From Tubulanus polymorphus (taxonomy: Eukaryota; Animalia; Nemertea): a DNA stretch of 64,000 bases. Under the pieces are notes generated by a model that saw only the letters and a list, made by a program, of their open reading frames with translations, was not told where the DNA came from and made no database searches. This document shows, in pieces, positions 12,966-24,711 of the stretch; position 1 is the stretch's first letter, and each line of letters begins with the position of its first letter. The DNA lies in NCBI RefSeq assembly GCF_964204645.1, contig NC_134036.1, positions 1,550,001-1,614,000 on the forward strand. Reading direction: 5' to 3'. The position numbers and the translations under genes were made by a program.

Positions 12966-15900
12966 TCGACATCAAAATGTCTGCGAAGCAAAAAGTCATT
13001 CATTTTGTCAGGAAATGTCTGCACTCTTCATCTAGACATTAGCATCATTGAAAAATGTCTTCTCGGTAGTGTCAAGTATTCCGTTAAGTAGCTATCAGTA
13101 AGCTATCTAGAGTCGCTATCAAGAAGCTATCTAGGAGTCGCAGTGACGTTCATCTGAAGACTTCATCTTCCTACCTTTGATTTTTTTTCGATTCAGCAAC
13201 AATGAAAATCATAAAGTTTTTTTTTTTAACATCACCGCAGCAACCAAAACGAACAAATAACGTTGACGATTGTTGTGAAGAAGGTGCCGGATGTGAATAA
13301 GGGAGTGTTTAGTTGCTCGAAACAAAGACCCTTCCGGTTCGACTCATCTGTATCGTGGAATTATTGAGTTAGGCGACGATAGCGATACCTTTTAGCGCGC
13401 GCAAAACATTTCCGTAATAATTGCGGATCAATTCGCCTGATTGCAGACGATTTAGCAACACGCGAAGCCGTATATACATTCGACAGAATCTAAGAAAACT
13501 TCCTCCCACCATCTCTAACCGTGCATACCCTTCTATCGTCATCCAGCCACCAGTCTCTTGACCCTAGCATCAGTTCCCCATCCCTATACAGATCCTCATT
13601 CGGGCCTTCCTTCATCGCATGCTAACCTTTCACTCCCGACCTCTAAATGGGAAACCTAGATCAGTATCTGTCTGTTGTCTACTGTTTGTCCCCTCCATCA
13701 TTTCCACACTGCCATCATATTTAAATATGTTGTCGTTAGGAATTTCTCCACCACTCGTGGTTCTATCCACCGCACCTCCACCCCCCCCCCCTTGTAGATC
13801 CAGCGATACCTTCACCAGTGACCTGCTGCGTGCGCCGTTACCGAGAAACCCGACAGTTCCCGATTACCGGATTTCAAATCACCGGCGATAAAAACGAGAG
13901 AGAAAAAGAAAACACCGTCGCAGACGATTACTGAAACAAGCGGTTCGGGAAAAATGCAAATGACAAATTGACTCCGCTGCACGAAACGACGATTAGATTC
14001 GCGAAATCTAAGACGATTTCAGCAGAAAATTAGTATGATTTGTTGGTGTTTTTCGGCGGATTGGAATCGAGGGGTGCTCGCGTGCGTAGGTGTCAACTTA
14101 CATACAGACCTTCAACCGAGGTCCCGTAAATAGGATATATTTCTTTCGAAGGCTATGATGTATATATTTAAATTGTTGAGAGCTTCAACGAAAAATTTCT
14201 CGCGAGAAAACGGTAAACAAATTGTGCATTCCTGCATTAATAAACGAGTATTAAAAAGGACCCGCGCATGCGTATATTGTAAGAAGCCTACTGTTGCATC
14301 TATTTGCCTTCGAGAGGCACTTACTCAGACTACAGGTCGATCAATATACGGGCACTTGTCGCATTCATCGAAAAAAACAATTACTTCCGGTTTGTGATGT
14401 CATTTCCATCGGCTTTTAATGGCGGAATAGGTTGTTGTCATCGATGAGTGGCACTCAAACTCCGTTATGTCTAGCTCACGGAATCAGGTCCAGAACTGTT
14501 CGGACTCAGGGTATAAATGCCAATCTGGACCCCCTCGTGCCCCTCCAGACGATCGCCTGTTGAAGGCTGGACGAATTCATTTTTCAAAAAAGATGAGAAT
14601 GTCTGCCTAAAATTGACGATGCAGACATGACGCCTTAAATCATTTCCAAATAAATATGTCTGGGGTATACTGTCACGGGAGGTGACGACGCCTATTTTGG
14701 GAAAAAATGGCGAACGTCTGTCCAAACGTCTGAGGGGGCGTGGCCGACAGACAGCTGGTCGATAGCTAAATACGTAGCTACAATATAAATAAGTATTTAA
14801 ATCACATATTTCTTTCCTACAATTAATTCGAGTTTGTGAACTCACAGAGTTCCATGTCGTCCGATTGACTTTATAGATGTATTTTGTCTGCTAATCCTCG
14901 CCACTCCCTTGTAACCTAAAAGCTACACATTAAGCATTAATCGAAATCCGATAATCCGCAGCTTGCCGGATTAAATTGGATTTTCCGCCTGGCGCTTTAA
15001 AACAAGATTTATGAATATTCGTATAGAGCCCGGTGCGTAAACAGATCGACTCATGGTGTTGCGGTCGAAACCGAACTCGTTTCGCGTAGATACGACCACA
15101 CTTTGATAGTTCATTAAAGTTCCATTAGTACTCAGCTATCCTGAAAGGTTTAAAGCTTTGTGAATAATTATGTAAACCAGTCCCTTATGTGTGGAGATAT
15201 TTTAGAAGTTCATTCTCAATTAAACTATAAATCACAGGAACTGCAGTTGATTTTGACTTTCAAATTTAAACGTTAAACCGACAACACTGTTGGCCGCGCG
15301 CTTCGCACGATATCCAGGTTACCGGGTAACAAACGTCGTCGCCTCCGGAAATGAGCTGCGATCAATTTTTTTTACAAATCGATTTAATAAAGCCCAGCCA
15401 TGTTTTTTGGATCGATTAACGAGCGATTAGATAACCATACGGACCGGAACTAACCTCGGCCGCTGGGGAAGCAGTCACTGGCAGCCGAGGTTCCAAGTCA
15501 TGTTGATATACAGTCTAAGTTCTTTATAATGTTTAATGCCACAACTTTCTTTGTCTACAATAAGTGGTCTTCAGTTGCATCGCGCTGTAGGGCGACCTGA
15601 GTGCCCCTTTAACGCCAACAGTTTTCAGAGCACACACTTTTCTCAATTTAACTCAAATTCGATGATAATACCGTTCTTTAACCAGATTCGTAGAGTAACT
15701 CCATATTTTTCATCGACCCCAGCGGTAACGTTTTAAAGGACTTTTACTTTGCAAAAAAACAGATTCTATTTCGTGGAAGAAAAATACATGTAATAGGAGA
15801 AAAACGATTGTCAGAGATTTCTGACAAGCTTCATTTCTTCATGGTTATTTGTAGAGAGTATCGTTGTAAGAAGGCGTTGTCTATAGAAACATAAGATTAA

Positions 15901-16052
15901 TGGCCTTCAAGAGTACAAGGTACCGAAGCCAAGAATAAGGCTGGAATAAAATGGTATACCCTGCTTCTCCTAATCAAGGGTTATTTTTTGGAATAGCGTG
16001 GCAATTTGTAATCAGTTCATTCCTATAACTGTCTGGTCCGTTATTATCGTAG

Positions 16053-16793
16053 TGTTATGATAGCCAATTTTTATATTTATAAAACATGCATAGTTCAATA
16101 GCAGTTGTATGTTCATAATGCATACAACTCTATTCACTAGGAAATCCAGAACGGGCATGTTTTACTAATGGGTTTTTCAATGTATATTTGTTATTGTTTA
16201 CTAGGAATTCATAAACGGGCAAGTTTTGGCTTTGCAGTCATTTAATGTTGTTTGCCTTTGTTACTAGTTCAGTTTATGTCTCGGATTAATAAGAAATATT
16301 TTGGAGTTAGTTTTCAAGACAATAGAAAAATCCTAAGGGATTAGTCAAGTGTCAACGTCTACGAGACAACTCCGGGCTTGTTTCTTAACCAGGTTGCTAA
16401 GAACATTAATTCTTGGGGGCCTGGTGGGCGAATCAGGTCCCGAGGTTAGTCGTCGGCCCTCCCCAAATGCGGTGGCGTTGGTCACGAGAATAGTCCCTTG
16501 GAAACCAAATTTTGGATAGTATAAAAATAAGAGACATAGCTGAACTAGTCGGAGAGCACCTGGGAAACCAAGAGGGGAAGGAACTAGAACCCGAAATTGT
16601 AAAAGGTGTCGATAAATAGGAAAGACGAAAGTAACATAATAAATAGTTGTGAGTATTTATATTCGAAGTATTTGCATTTTAGTCGTTTATTCATTTTTGG
16701 TCTCGGGTCAAATTCAATTTGTGTCGTTGTGCGGAGCTGAGGAAGGATACGCTCTCCCACGATATTTCGGTTCCTTCTTCGGGCCGCATAACA
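16053..16793 (+). repeat. 5' LTR
   Basis: Identical by eye to 21870-22610; TATAAAA 16520-16526; AATAAA 16638-16643. Confidence 0.97.
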
Positions 16794-16797
16794 GATT

Positions 16798-16815
16798 TGG
16801 TGCCGAAACCCGGGA
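16798..16815 (+). promoter_or_regulatory. Primer-binding site for tRNA-Phe(GAA)
   Basis: TGGTGCCGAAACCCGGGA, 4 nt after the LTR, complementary to the 3' 18 nt (with CCA) of eukaryotic tRNA-Phe. Confidence 0.9.
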
Positions 16816-17669
16816 CCTTTAGTTATTTTTTTATTCAGTCAGATAGTTAGATAAGATTATTTACTTAAAGTTTAAAGAATGGTTAATTGTTTATTAGAGA
16901 ATGAATATTTTGATTAATCAGTGATTATGGTATAGCGATTTATTATTTTAATTGATGCTGCTTTAATTAGGAATTGAATTTTAATTACTACTGGTTTAAT
17001 ATAAATTATTTTTTAGGTTATTTTTTATTGATATGGGTAGCTATATGCACCGCAATAGAAGGTTTTTAAAAATACATATAGTTACCTATTGTGATGATAT
17101 TTTGATATATGTCACCGAGGTTGTCGCTCAGTACTGAGTATTTTGTTAATTAAAGGTTTAGGTAGTACGAAGAGTTGAACAGTCAAGCTAATGTTCCGAT
17201 GCTGATGGAAAATTCCAGTATTTTGGAATAATTTAATAGTTAACGATAGATTCCAATGTTGATGTGATATTCCAATATTGATGGTGACATTCCAGTATTG
17301 ACGGGAAATTCCGATACTGAGGAGAAGGGATATGGTTTAAATGAAATCCAATATCGATGATTTTGTTTCCGATATTGAGGGTATAGTGTTGATAACTGAT
17401 ATCAGTACTGAATTATAGATTAAGATATAGTATTTTCGGTAGTAAAGCTACGCGAAATAATTTACGATAGTGTAGATATCGATCCCATATTGGGGATAAT
17501 AGGTTTATAGAAAGGTTTATAAGAATCTGTGTCGAAACTGTAATTGCATAGATTTTGAATTGCAGCCACTATTAGCGTTGCGGTCAGTTTTAGGAACGCT
17601 CTGTTTTAATATTCTGTTTTACTCTGTTTTTTTATACTTTCTTTTCTCCGAGTTAATTTATAATTCAAT

Positions 17670-18914
17670 ATGCCGCCACCGAGTACTAGGAGTCAGACGG
17701 CTCATGAGGATATTGACGACCCGCAGAGTCCGACAGCGGGGGCTGGTTCGTCGACGGGGACGAGCATGTCAGAACGAGATATACTCCTCCTGATCGCCGA
17801 ACGACTAGGTAGTTCGACAAACCTTGGGGATGTGGTTTCCATCCCGAAATTTTCAGGTAGACCAAACGGGAGTGACTTTTCGCAATGGTTGCGAACGTAT
17901 GACAATGTAGCTAAAGCGAGAGGTTGGACGGACGACCAATGTAAAAATTTCATGTTCCAATATTTAGAGGGTCCGGCTAGACGGTTCTATGACGATTTAG
18001 TCATAGATCGATCTACAAAATTTGCTAGTATTGTCAATTCTTTTAGGGACCACTTTGAGTCGGACAGTCTGCGACTCCGAGAAGAGACTGACTTCTCCGG
18101 ACTTCGGCAGAAGAAAGGGGAGTCAGTCGATGATTATTCGGAGCGAGTGGACCGACTGGCTCACAAATTACAAAAATCGGACCGAGACAAATTGGTCGTC
18201 TTTCTCAACGGGCTGGACAATGCGATCAGGAAGGACGTGATGATGATGAGGCCCGACACGTTTTCAATGGCAGTCGAGCACGCGAGGACTGCCGAGCAGT
18301 GGACTGATCGAGATCTGACGAAACCGACAGTGAACCAGACCTCCCCAACTGATGCGTCACTCCTCAAGACCATGGAGGAGATAAAAGGAATGTTCTCTCA
18401 GTTCTTACGGCTGAGAGAGCCTAGTGACAGGGGTGAGAGGCAAGCACAGAGGCCTATGAGAGGTGATCGACGGGGGGACACGTTCACTCGACAATCCCCA
18501 GGTCGAAATCGCAGCGCCCCTCGATGGCAAGATGCGAGACCTCGTTACGACCAAAACCCACGCTTTGAGCCCCGACGTTCTTACCCGGCTAGGAGAGAAA
18601 GAAATCTCGCGGGGCACAATAATTGTTTCAGGTGTGGTCAACCGGGTCACTATGGGAAGTTCTGTCCATATACGCCAGATACGGGTCGACAGTACGGATA
18701 CAGAGAGCCACAAGAGGGGAGGATATATCCGCGGTCGCCACAACATCCGCCGCCACAACACCCGCTGCCACCCATGCAAGGTCAAAGGGGTGATCAACAG
18801 CAGCCGGGAAATGGTTTCGGTCGTCACCATCAGGATGGCGCGATGACGGCCTCAATTTACCCAGTTATCCCCGGCCATCCAATGTATCCCTACGAGACCG
18901 ACGAGCTCTATTAA
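17670..18914 (+). CDS. gag: Gag (Ty3/Gypsy-type capsid plus CCHC zinc knuckle), 414 aa
   Basis: PKFSG..WL..Y..LEGPARRFY capsid motif, MHR-like LRQKKGESVDDY, zinc knuckle CFRCGQPGHYGKFC. Confidence 0.93.
   Translation: MPPPSTRSQTAHEDIDDPQSPTAGAGSSTGTSMSERDILLLIAERLGSSTNLGDVVSIPKFSGRPNGSDFSQWLRTYDNVAKARGWTDDQCKNFMFQYLEGPARRFYDDLVIDRSTKFASIVNSFRDHFESDSLRLREETDFSGLRQKKGESVDDYSERVDRLAHKLQKSDRDKLVVFLNGLDNAIRKDVMMMRPDTFSMAVEHARTAEQWTDRDLTKPTVNQTSPTDASLLKTMEEIKGMFSQFLRLREPSDRGERQAQRPMRGDRRGDTFTRQSPGRNRSAPRWQDARPRYDQNPRFEPRRSYPARRERNLAGHNNCFRCGQPGHYGKFCPYTPDTGRQYGYREPQEGRIYPRSPQHPPPQHPLPPMQGQRGDQQQPGNGFGRHHQDGAMTASIYPVIPGHPMYPYETDELY
18806..18851 (+). promoter_or_regulatory. -1 programmed ribosomal frameshift signal (gag-pro)
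   Basis: G_GGA_AAT heptamer in the gag phase (18806-12), 6-nt spacer, hairpin GGTCGTCA-CCAT..ATGG-TGACGGCC (18819-51); -1 frame open from 18794 to 19927. Confidence 0.75.
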
Positions 18915-19927
18915 GAACACCCCATGACAGGCCACTCACACACCCAGTCACCATCGAACGACAATTCACCCAGCTTTTGCCTGAGGAGAGAGTGAGGGAC
19001 CCTCAAGGGTCACTGAGGGGACGTACTCCGACAGACAAGGAGATAGACCGTCCGTTGCCGACTAGAGGTTTCGACAAACAAAGGACGTCTGGCGACAAGC
19101 ATTACACGCCACCTATTCTTGCATCCGTGGCTAACCGTGTAACGGGTACCCATGCGGGAAATACATTGTCCGTTTTGGTCGATACCGGTGCTGAAATAAG
19201 CGTCCTGAATGAGGCCTGGTATCGCCAAAACCCATCAATAGCCGTGGGTCCCGTGATGCAGGGTCAGTTCATGGAGGCAAGAGCGGTGGATGGTAAGACA
19301 TTTGAGTTGAAAGGCGTTGTGCCCACAAATTTTAAAATTGGTGAGTATGACGTTCGTCACGCTATGTACTTGGTCCCAGGAATCGATACTCATATTATTT
19401 TAGGTTCCGACTTTTTGCGCTCTAACAACGCAAGTATTAATTACGGATCGAATTTTCTCAAGCTACCGGGAGCAAGTCCAATTCATTTTACTAACAAGAT
19501 AGATTTAAATAAAACAACTTCGGTTCAAAGCACGACCAATCCAATTATTCCACCTATTTCTGAAAAGATTGTCGATGCACATTGTTCACAGGCCCTAGTC
19601 GAAAAAATTAACAGCAAAAAGGCTGTATATGAATTTTCACACCAGTTACGTGAAAGGAAAGTCGTGGGTGCCACGGCTGCAATATCAATTTCATCGATTA
19701 ATATTCACGCAAGTTCTACTAATCTCACACCACGGTTCGTTAATATTCACGAAAGGTCATATTTAGGGCCACATAGATTAGATCATGCGAATCCGGAATC
19801 GCCACTGTTCCGGGAATGGAGGCTGTATCATCGTGTACGCCCTCCCGAAAATCGTTGTGGAAGAATAATCGGTAAAAGGCTCGACAGGTTAGAGTTACTG
19901 AAAGTTGAGGAAGAAAACTCTGCCTGA
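18806..19927 (+). CDS. Retroviral-type aspartic protease (truncated pol, reached by -1 frameshift)
   Basis: VLVDTGAEISVL active site and ILGSDFL motif; ORF ends before any RT motif. Confidence 0.88.
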   Translation, partial: GKWFRSSPSGWRDDGLNLPSYPRPSNVSLRDRRALLRTPHDRPLTHPVTIERQFTQLLPEERVRDPQGSLRGRTPTDKEIDRPLPTRGFDKQRTSGDKHYTPPILASVANRVTGTHAGNTLSVLVDTGAEISVLNEAWYRQNPSIAVGPVMQGQFMEARAVDGKTFELKGVVPTNFKIGEYDVRHAMYLVPGIDTHIILGSDFLRSNNASINYGSNFLKLPGASPIHFTNKIDLNKTTSVQSTTNPIIPPISEKIVDAHCSQALVEKINSKKAVYEFSHQLRERKVVGATAAISISSINIHASSTNLTPRFVNIHERSYLGPHRLDHANPESPLFREWRLYHRVRPPENRCGRIIGKRLDRLELLKVEEENSA

Positions 19928-21856
19928 CAAAAGATGACGACTATTTCTAAGTGACGAGCGACGAGACATTTCTTAATGGATAGATTTTGATTCGAAATAA
20001 TTGAATGATTATTTTGAAGCTTATGATTGATTCAGATCGTTTCATTTTTTTCGCGGTCACATTTTAGTTTAGCAATGAACTAACGTAAACACAGGTCGCT
20101 TGGATGTAACCATTTCTTTATTTCGCCTACTGATGACAATAACAATAACAGATAATTCAACATTCCGCTGCCAATTCTATCGCTTAAATGAGAATGGATT
20201 TTTTTTTAATGGCTAACACACACTATGGCTTGAATTGTTTCCTTAACCCATGACAATTGAGTATTAAACGCGTTCTTAACAGGTATTTTAATGAAATCAC
20301 TTACTGGAAATGTGGATACCCGGTGTTGGTAAATGATACGATTGTTGGAAAGGCCGATGCAGCCGACGTAGATTCGTTGAGCTGGAAATGCATAAAAATA
20401 AGATGTAATTGCATACAAGTTGATAATATTTTGAGGTTAAATTGATTAAATTAATTGTGGAAAACTATGCTATTATTATGTTAAAAAAATTAAAAAAACT
20501 CTCTTGCTAGGGAAATGGAATGATATTCAAACGAACTATGTTAGAAGAAAATATATTGTTCAAAAAGAATGTGTTACACAATTAAATGTTGGTTGAGCGA
20601 ATGATGGGAAAAATTATCTTCATTATCCGTAAGATAAACAAAAGATGTTCTTCGTAATTCATGAATGGAGTGGTTGGCAATACGTACTATGCTTTCGGTA
20701 CATGGAAATTCTTGATAAGTATAATGGGGATATTTTAAATGAGTTAATGATTTTTATATTGGATAGTTGAAAGAAAACCAAATTGTTTGCCGTGATTACT
20801 TGTGCTATGTTTTGAGTTGTAGGTTTAGTATCTGCTATAGGTAATAGAGAGCTTTTGGCTTACCGTTCTCAATAGTTCCTCCGTTACGCGTGTTGGTGAA
20901 CATATTTCCTCCGTGATGGATGTTGGTGAAGAATAACGATGCGCTCTTATATCCGTTCTCCGAAGAAGTGTTCGAACTTGTTTCGCGACGTTCTTTTAAA
21001 CTCGCGCCGGATGGACTCGCTATTGTTTGGAAATAGTATGCGACACTGTTTCTAGGGACGTACGCGGGTCAACTCATGTTTATTGCTCACTTCTTCGCAC
21101 GTTTAAACTCAAAATTTCCGCAAATACAATGTACGTATAGACTCTATCGTTACCAATCCATTAGCTCCGCACTTTTATGAAGGTTCTCAGTCCACATGCT
21201 GGTCAAGAAGACGATGACTGATGTAAATTCCCGACGCCTGACAGTTTAATGGCTGGTGCGCCCGCCTGACCGAAAATTGCGCCTATTGATCGCCGAGTCA
21301 GGTTGATGGTGGAAGTGCATACGGTGATGGACATTCACAATGTATTATTCGTGATGAACTGTTGTTTTGCAGAAAAATATGGAAGCGATTCGTATTCAAC
21401 AAAAGAAGTATTTTGTAGTACCGATGCGGTGGTAACTCGTACGAACTCTTTTTCGTAATTTTGCGGACTTTGATGTTTAACGTTGCGTTGTTGTGGTCAA
21501 TGCGTGTCGTTGATAGCGTTTCGAATTAATCGCGGATACGTTTGCGTTTCTGACTCTAATGGTTTATCGGTTTTCGCTGATTGCGCGCTTGTGACTCTAT
21601 TTGTTTATCAAAACGATGATTATTTGCTACATTCTTATTGTTTGCGATTTGTTTCATTTATCAACGATTTAATTGTGTCTATGTATGAATATGTTGCTTG
21701 TTGCTGTGTTTATTGTGATTATTTTATTGTCATGTACGTTATCGTCGACACCTTGGTTTATTATTACTGTATTGAGTCACGCGTCAGATTTGAAATCATA
21801 ACATTGTTACTCCATGCTTGCTGAACTTTTGTGACAAAGTGGGACACTTTGAATTT

Positions 21857-21869
21857 GGGTTGGAGGTAC
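21857..21869 (+). promoter_or_regulatory. Polypurine-tract-like sequence
   Basis: GGGTTGGAGGTAC directly before the 3' LTR. Confidence 0.55.
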
Positions 21870-22610
21870 TGTTATGATAGCCAATTTTTATATTTATAAA
21901 ACATGCATAGTTCAATAGCAGTTGTATGTTCATAATGCATACAACTCTATTCACTAGGAAATCCAGAACGGGCATGTTTTACTAATGGGTTTTTCAATGT
22001 ATATTTGTTATTGTTTACTAGGAATTCATAAACGGGCAAGTTTTGGCTTTGCAGTCATTTAATGTTGTTTGCCTTTGTTACTAGTTCAGTTTATGTCTCG
22101 GATTAATAAGAAATATTTTGGAGTTAGTTTTCAAGACAATAGAAAAATCCTAAGGGATTAGTCAAGTGTCAACGTCTACGAGACAACTCCGGGCTTGTTT
22201 CTTAACCAGGTTGCTAAGAACATTAATTCTTGGGGGCCTGGTGGGCGAATCAGGTCCCGAGGTTAGTCGTCGGCCCTCCCCAAATGCGGTGGCGTTGGTC
22301 ACGAGAATAGTCCCTTGGAAACCAAATTTTGGATAGTATAAAAATAAGAGACATAGCTGAACTAGTCGGAGAGCACCTGGGAAACCAAGAGGGGAAGGAA
22401 CTAGAACCCGAAATTGTAAAAGGTGTCGATAAATAGGAAAGACGAAAGTAACATAATAAATAGTTGTGAGTATTTATATTCGAAGTATTTGCATTTTAGT
22501 CGTTTATTCATTTTTGGTCTCGGGTCAAATTCAATTTGTGTCGTTGTGCGGAGCTGAGGAAGGATACGCTCTCCCACGATATTTCGGTTCCTTCTTCGGG
22601 CCGCATAACA
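21870..22610 (+). repeat. 3' LTR
   Basis: 741-bp copy of the 5' LTR, followed by the GTAG TSD. Confidence 0.97.
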
Positions 22611-22822
22611 GTAGTTTAATCATGATTTTAGCAATGTACACGGAAGTCAGGCGGCCGGCCGGGCCAACTTTAAGCTCAGTACTAGAAATGAGAGGAAAGA
22701 GGTATCAGTTTTTAGCCTTGAAGCGTGTGATAATCAAATATTTTAGCTCTGATTCGCTACATGGGTATAAAATTATCGTCGTAACAAAAAGGCGTTGTTT
22801 ATATTCGAACGAGAGATGTTTA

Positions 22823-23043
22823 GCCTAAAAAAATTGATACCTTGTTTCTCCGCTCTGCTGAGCTTAAAAGTTGACCCAACCGCCCACCTGTCTACCCTGT
22901 ACATTACTCTTTTTTTAAATCGTGATCAATTTTACCATAACAGACCCGGCGGCTATAGAAATGAACTGTTTACAAATTTTATCACATTTTACAAAAATGA
23001 CCCGGCAGTTGCGGAGAAACAAGGTATCATTTTTTGTTTAGCC
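22823..23043. mobile_element. Tourist-like MITE (inverted copy of 3802-4021)
   Basis: Same TIRs and internal sequence; TTA flanks. Confidence 0.8.
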
Positions 23044-23296
23044 TTATTCTCGTAATAAAGGTACGCGGTGCCGGATGAAGCTAAGAATAAACATTTTCGT
23101 TTCTATCCGACATTAAGAGGCGAGCAGCTCTAATGAAAATATAAGCACACTTTACTGGCGATTCAGGTATATTCCTTTGTGCGTGACCGATTCTGAGACG
23201 AATCGACACGATTTCGACATCACGATCGTGTAGTTTTATTGACCGTTCACAATAGATCATCATCAACACCACCTATAATTGTGTACCGATCACTTG

Positions 23297-23580
23297 TCAG
23301 GGTGCTGCTCAAGGGTTTCGTCCAATATTCCTGAGTATTCAATGGTTTTGAGAGGGATGTTTTTTATTTTACAATATATATATATTTTGTATAAATTATA
23401 TCAGGTCGCGTTAGGATGCTGCTCAAGGGCTTCGTCCAATATATCTCAGTATTCAGTGATTCTGAGAGGGATGTTTTTTTTTCAATTTTACAATATACAT
23501 TTTGTAATATCAGGTCGCGTTCGGGCGCTGCTAATATGCTTCATCCAGTATAACTAGGACACTGGGTGGTTTTGAGGAGG
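23297..23580. repeat. ~110-bp imperfect tandem repeat, ~2.5 copies
   Basis: TGCTGCTCAAGGG..TCGTCCAATAT..TGAGAGGGATGTTTTTT..TCAGGTCGCGTT units. Confidence 0.75.
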
Positions 23581-23666
23581 AGGTAACATCACTCTTCTTG
23601 CTGCTGCGTGATGTGCTGGTTAGGTGCTACATCAACTGAATATACCACACGACACTGAGTCATAAA

Positions 23667-23775
23667 GGTCCGGTTTTGTAGACCGGTATTACCTTTAACC
23701 CCGGGGCTAACTTAATTGAAAATGAATTGAGTTAGCCCCCGGGTTAAAGGTTATACCGGTCTATAAAACCTGGGT
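23667..23775. mobile_element. Short palindromic MITE
   Basis: GGTTTTGTAGACCGGTATTACCTTTAACCCCGGGGCTAAC ... GTTAGCCCCCGGGTTAAAGGTTATACCGGTCTATAAAACC inverted arms. Confidence 0.7.
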
Positions 23776-24711
23776 TTTGAGGGTGAAGTAATTTATTTTA
23801 CAATATATATTTTGTATCTATGCTCATGATACCAGCTATTGTAATTTCATTCGTTAATAAATCATTATTACAATATGATCAATATGATAAGATGGCATCA
23901 TTTCATTCAGAGTGATGCTGTACCAAGGGCAGCCCCTCACACTCACAATATCCACTATACTTAATAGCGAGCTTAACATCTGTTACTGAAAACATCATGA
24001 TCATCTCCCAGGCTTTAGGTTAAGAAGGGGTCGATTCCCTATCGAGGAAGGGTATTTAGATAAACCAGAATGTCCTCAAATTTAGTTAATTTTCATTCAT
24101 TAGGTCTATACAGGACATCGGTGCTCATCAGCAGCCCTGGGCAAGCTATTTCAAAGGACCGTGTAAATATCACTAAGCCTGGGAAAGATCTTGAGCTGCA
24201 ACGTATATCATTCTCAATGTAGGCCTTAGTCGGCCTTGCTCAGCGATCTTAAATGACCTTCGAAGGTCGACATAATATTTCCAAGGTTCACGTTGTATAT
24301 TTCTATTCGTACATTCTAACCGTTCTAATTAAACAAGCCTCCCGTCGTTAGAGAATCTGTTTCATCTCAACGTACACGCGTCCACGCGGCGCCGGTGTCT
24401 AGGCTATTACGGAAATGACGTATTCGTCTTCGTTTCCGGTGTCTGTTTCCGCACGCGTGCCGATCGGAAAGGTTCGGTTACCTGTACCGCTTTGATCAAT
24501 GTATATTCCCCCCCCCCCGCCCTACACCCTACACCCAACCAACCCGTCGCAGATATTAACTATTCATATCTATGCCGTATGTGTAAGACAATGAAACGAT
24601 GCTGGGATCGTAATGGTGGATATTCGGTTGTTGATGTAGCAACTGGAATGCTACGAGTTGACGCCATATCTCAAATTCATGAAAACCTATGAAGTAGTTA
24701 TCATCGAATAT

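Larger units (their letters stand above)
16053..22610 (+). mobile_element. Non-autonomous Ty3/Gypsy-type LTR retrotransposon (gag-pro only)
   Basis: Two 741-bp direct repeats, TGTTATG...CATAACA termini, GTAG TSD (16049-52 and 22611-14), PBS, PPT-like tract, gag and protease ORFs, no RT/RH/IN ORF. Confidence 0.95.

Noticed and set aside
17610-17652. Polypyrimidine tract and AG before the gag ATG (spliced leader?)
   Set aside because: The acceptor is GAG rather than YAG and no convincing donor was found.
19928-21400. Possible eroded integrase relics (e.g. FNEITYWKCGYP in ORF 20257-20445)
   Set aside because: Resemblance too weak to call by eye; needs a translated HMM search.
21483-21824. Hydrophobic 113-aa ORF at the env position of the LTR element
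   Set aside because: TTG start, T-rich composition, no signal peptide, furin site or ectodomain; likely non-coding.
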